Below are positions 61,517 to 64,000 of a DNA stretch of 64,000 nt, in pieces (within the stretch, counting starts at the first letter, position 1; the number at the start of each line of letters is the position of its first letter). The DNA is from Selaginella moellendorffii. Taxonomy: Eukaryota; Plantae; Lycopodiophyta. The position numbers and the translations under genes were made by a program. The stretch covers positions 1,282,952 to 1,346,951 of the forward strand of contig NW_003314307.1 of NCBI RefSeq assembly GCF_000143415.4. The letters run 5' to 3'. Below the pieces are notes generated by a model, which saw only the letters and a program-made list of their open reading frames with translations, made no database searches and was not told the origin of the DNA.

Positions 61517-61958
61517 GATGGCATGTATTTATTTAAAAATGTAACTTATTATGGCATGGGGTTCCATGCCATTGTATTAATATTAAAAGACAATTCTTTG
61601 AGAGGATTTGCATTATACTAGAAGTGTTACAGCATGTTATTGGAAGTCTACGAAGTTGTTTTATTAATAAGGGGAAAGTAAAGATTGAATGGGGACTTGG
61701 GCTCCACCTAAACTCGGAACAACTGAGCCAATATTAAAAGGATGGAAAGAAATTGGACAACGATGACAAGGAGAAGAGAGAGGTGAAGCAGTGGCAGGGG
61801 GAGGAGAAGTGATTGAGTAGACATTTCCTTGTTTAAAATAAAATGGCATGTGCCTCAATGCAGTTGAATTTTGTTATATTTATATACTATATAAAGGTTT
61901 GGAAACCTTATTTTACAAGTGGGATAATGACAATTCCCACTTTAACGAAATAGAGCTT

Positions 61959-63350
61959 TCTTGAGAGTGCTCTCTAGTGTTCCTGACTGTGCAAACTCCT
62001 CTAAATGTTGGCCGAATCCCAGGATAAGACACAACATGTTTCGGAGCGAAAAGGTGATAGGAGTGTCAACCAACTATTGAAGAACCAGCTCCATAATAGG
62101 AATAGTTGTTGGTGAGATCTTAGGAGGACAAGAGAGTAGTGACTTGAAGAGGAGCTTACAAGCCACCCTTTATGTCACTGGATCTAGTGCCAACAGAGAT
62201 TCACTTGCAACCAATGCCAGGGGATCTATGGGAGGCTGAGTGGCTGCCTTCTTCTTCGCTTGGGCTCGAGTGGCTGTGGTTTGTTGCTGTTGCCTATAGA
62301 GTTCCTCGGCTACCAAAATCATGTTAACCGATGAATCGAGTGCCTTGTCTTTGCTTGACGAATTGGCTGTCTCAATTGCTTGTCGCTCCAACTACTCCTA
62401 ATATGTCTTTGGACCTCGAGACGATGTGGAATTATCAGCAAAGGGATGTTGTTGGACATGTTGAGAAGGTGGGGGCCGAAGCTCTGGGTGAAGCTTGAAG
62501 TAGCGCTGCGTGTTGTGTGTGTTTGTCTCGTAGTGAGTGCACCAACGGGACTTAAATCTGCGTTCCCAAGCTGTAGCAGCCTCTTTCCTGGACTCCACCA
62601 GCTCCTAGAGTAGTTTGTCATGGTGTGATTGCTACTAAAGAATTATCTCCTTCAGCTGCCGTATTTCATTGGCAAAGTTCTCAATAGCTGGAGATGTATG
62701 CTCAATAGCGACGAGCTTTGTTGTGGACAGGCGAATAGCTATACAAGGTGACTCTGACGGGGTGATGGCTTGGTCGAAATCAACTCTAGCAATCCCCAGG
62801 TTGACAAGAAGCTCTCTTTCCAGCTTCGTGGCAAATGAAAATGCCTCGTGGCAAGACTTGAATGTCTTCTTAATAAGTTTCCACTGCAAGTCCCCATGCA
62901 GACCTACTGTGAATGCCATGATCCCCTGTTGCTCATCTTGGACCACTCTACAATCCCAACACTGCTTCCAATATGCTCGAACTGGGTGATGTAGTCAGGA
63001 ACAGACTCGTAAGCACCCTGCCGGAACGAAAAGAGGTCGACAAGTAGCCGATTTGTGGGTTTTTCTTCAACAAAACATTCCTTGAAAGAAGCAAGTAGTG
63101 TCTAGAAGTCTGTTTGGTCCTCTGGGAAGAGAGAATCTGCCCAAGTTGCTACTTTGCCTTTGAGAGATTGCAAGAAGTCGGGGCACATACAATCATCATC
63201 GATGATCATGTTTGTGGTGCAATAATAATCAAAGCGACTGATATGCAATGTTGGAGAGACTGTTCCAACACCTGAGAAGGTTGGCAGATCACTCCCCTTC
63301 TATAGAACATGGAGTTGAGGTCAAGCTAAAGGTGGTTGCGCCATAGCTCA
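61959..63350 (-). mobile_element. Second Ty3/gypsy element, 5' part (gag, degenerate zinc knuckle)
   Basis: Minus strand RQGAYESVPDYITQFE...AFTVGLHGDLQWKL (Retrotrans_gag-like) and WCTHYETNTHNTQRY (degenerate CCHC). Confidence 0.75.
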
Positions 63351-64000
63351 TAGATCTAAGTCACTGGAATCTACCGAGGATGAAGAGGACTCGGCCTGAG
63401 AAGGTGCAGTGTTGTATTTAAGCTACCTTTGGATGTTAGAAATTTTACTCTGTACCTTAGGGGCTTGAGGTATGGTAAAAGGGTGCCAATTTGTACTAGC
63501 ATCAAATACCCTGAACACTGCAAATGCCTGGTCAAGGCAACTGAGTAGATAGGAGCAAGAAGATTGTAGACTTGTGCTCAAGCTGCACAAAGTTGCCTAA
63601 AATGCCTATGACAAAGAGAAATAAGGTCGAAATGGAACCCCTTACCTCAAGCATACGTAACAATTGACCCATAGGGTAACCGCCGGAATAGCCGCTGGAG
63701 TAGCCACTAGAGTAGCCGCTAGAGTAGCCGGTGGAGTAACCAATAACCTATAACCAGTAACTGAGGACCTAGGAACTTGTAACCAGTAACCCCGCTACTC
63801 TCAGTCCTACTCCTTCGCCTGCTCCTACTGTCCCTATTCCTATGCCAACTCCTATTCCTGCTCCTCCTGTTCCTGTTCCTACGCCAACTTTTGTTCCTGC
63901 TCCTCCTGTTCCTTGAAGATTGCTTCGTTCCCAAGGAACTCCTAACAAAGCTTAGCCCAAAAGAGAAAAATGAGTCCTCTGGTCTTGATCCTTCCCCATT

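Larger units (their letters stand above)
48204..61958. mobile_element. Large (13,755 bp) TIR DNA transposon, Sola-like, inserted in a gypsy element
   Basis: Perfect 24-bp TIRs AAGCTCTATTTCGTTAAAGTGGGA (48204-48227; reverse complement at 61935-61958). 4-bp TSD TCTT (48200-48203, 61959-61962). Gypsy pol and gag flank it on either side. Confidence 0.92.

Noticed and set aside
48746-61864. CRISPR-like interpretation of the palindromic repeats
   Set aside because: Spacing is irregular (tens to thousands of bp), copies are degenerate, there are no cas genes and the context is eukaryotic.

Overview
This is eukaryotic land-plant genomic DNA. The compact GC-rich genes, 50-70 nt introns and PLS/E-type PPR gene suggest a lycophyte such as Selaginella (inference). 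The window has three zones. (1) 1-20.8 kb is a rearranged accessory region. It holds a ~3.4 kb direct duplication carrying a frameshifted 2OG-Fe(II) oxygenase gene, a Helitron-like Rep fragment with a foldback, a captured KASI fragment and an AT-rich secreted bulb-lectin fusion gene. (2) 20.8-39.1 kb is a gene-dense core: PPR, type-B response regulator, ARP3, alpha/beta hydrolase, alpha-amylase, DDX46/PRP5 helicase and UGT80A sterol glucosyltransferase. (3) 39.7-64 kb is a nest of mobile elements: a complete Cassandra-type TRIM with 5S rRNA-derived LTRs, a decayed chromovirus, and a second Ty3/gypsy element interrupted by a 13.75 kb DNA transposon. The top candidate for an undescribed system is this large transposon (48204-61958; 24-bp TIRs, TCTT target duplication). 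It encodes a Sola-like DDD transposase and a divergent multi-exon cargo gene that appears to read ParB-like domain, degenerate beta-class DNA methyltransferase-like fold, then FCP1/NIF-like pseudophosphatase. About 25 copies of a 22-bp palindrome (ATGGCATGAGGCCTCATGCCAT) lie between the TIRs, many inside introns, like parS or VANC-type binding sites. Domain calls are by eye and need HMM or structure confirmation.
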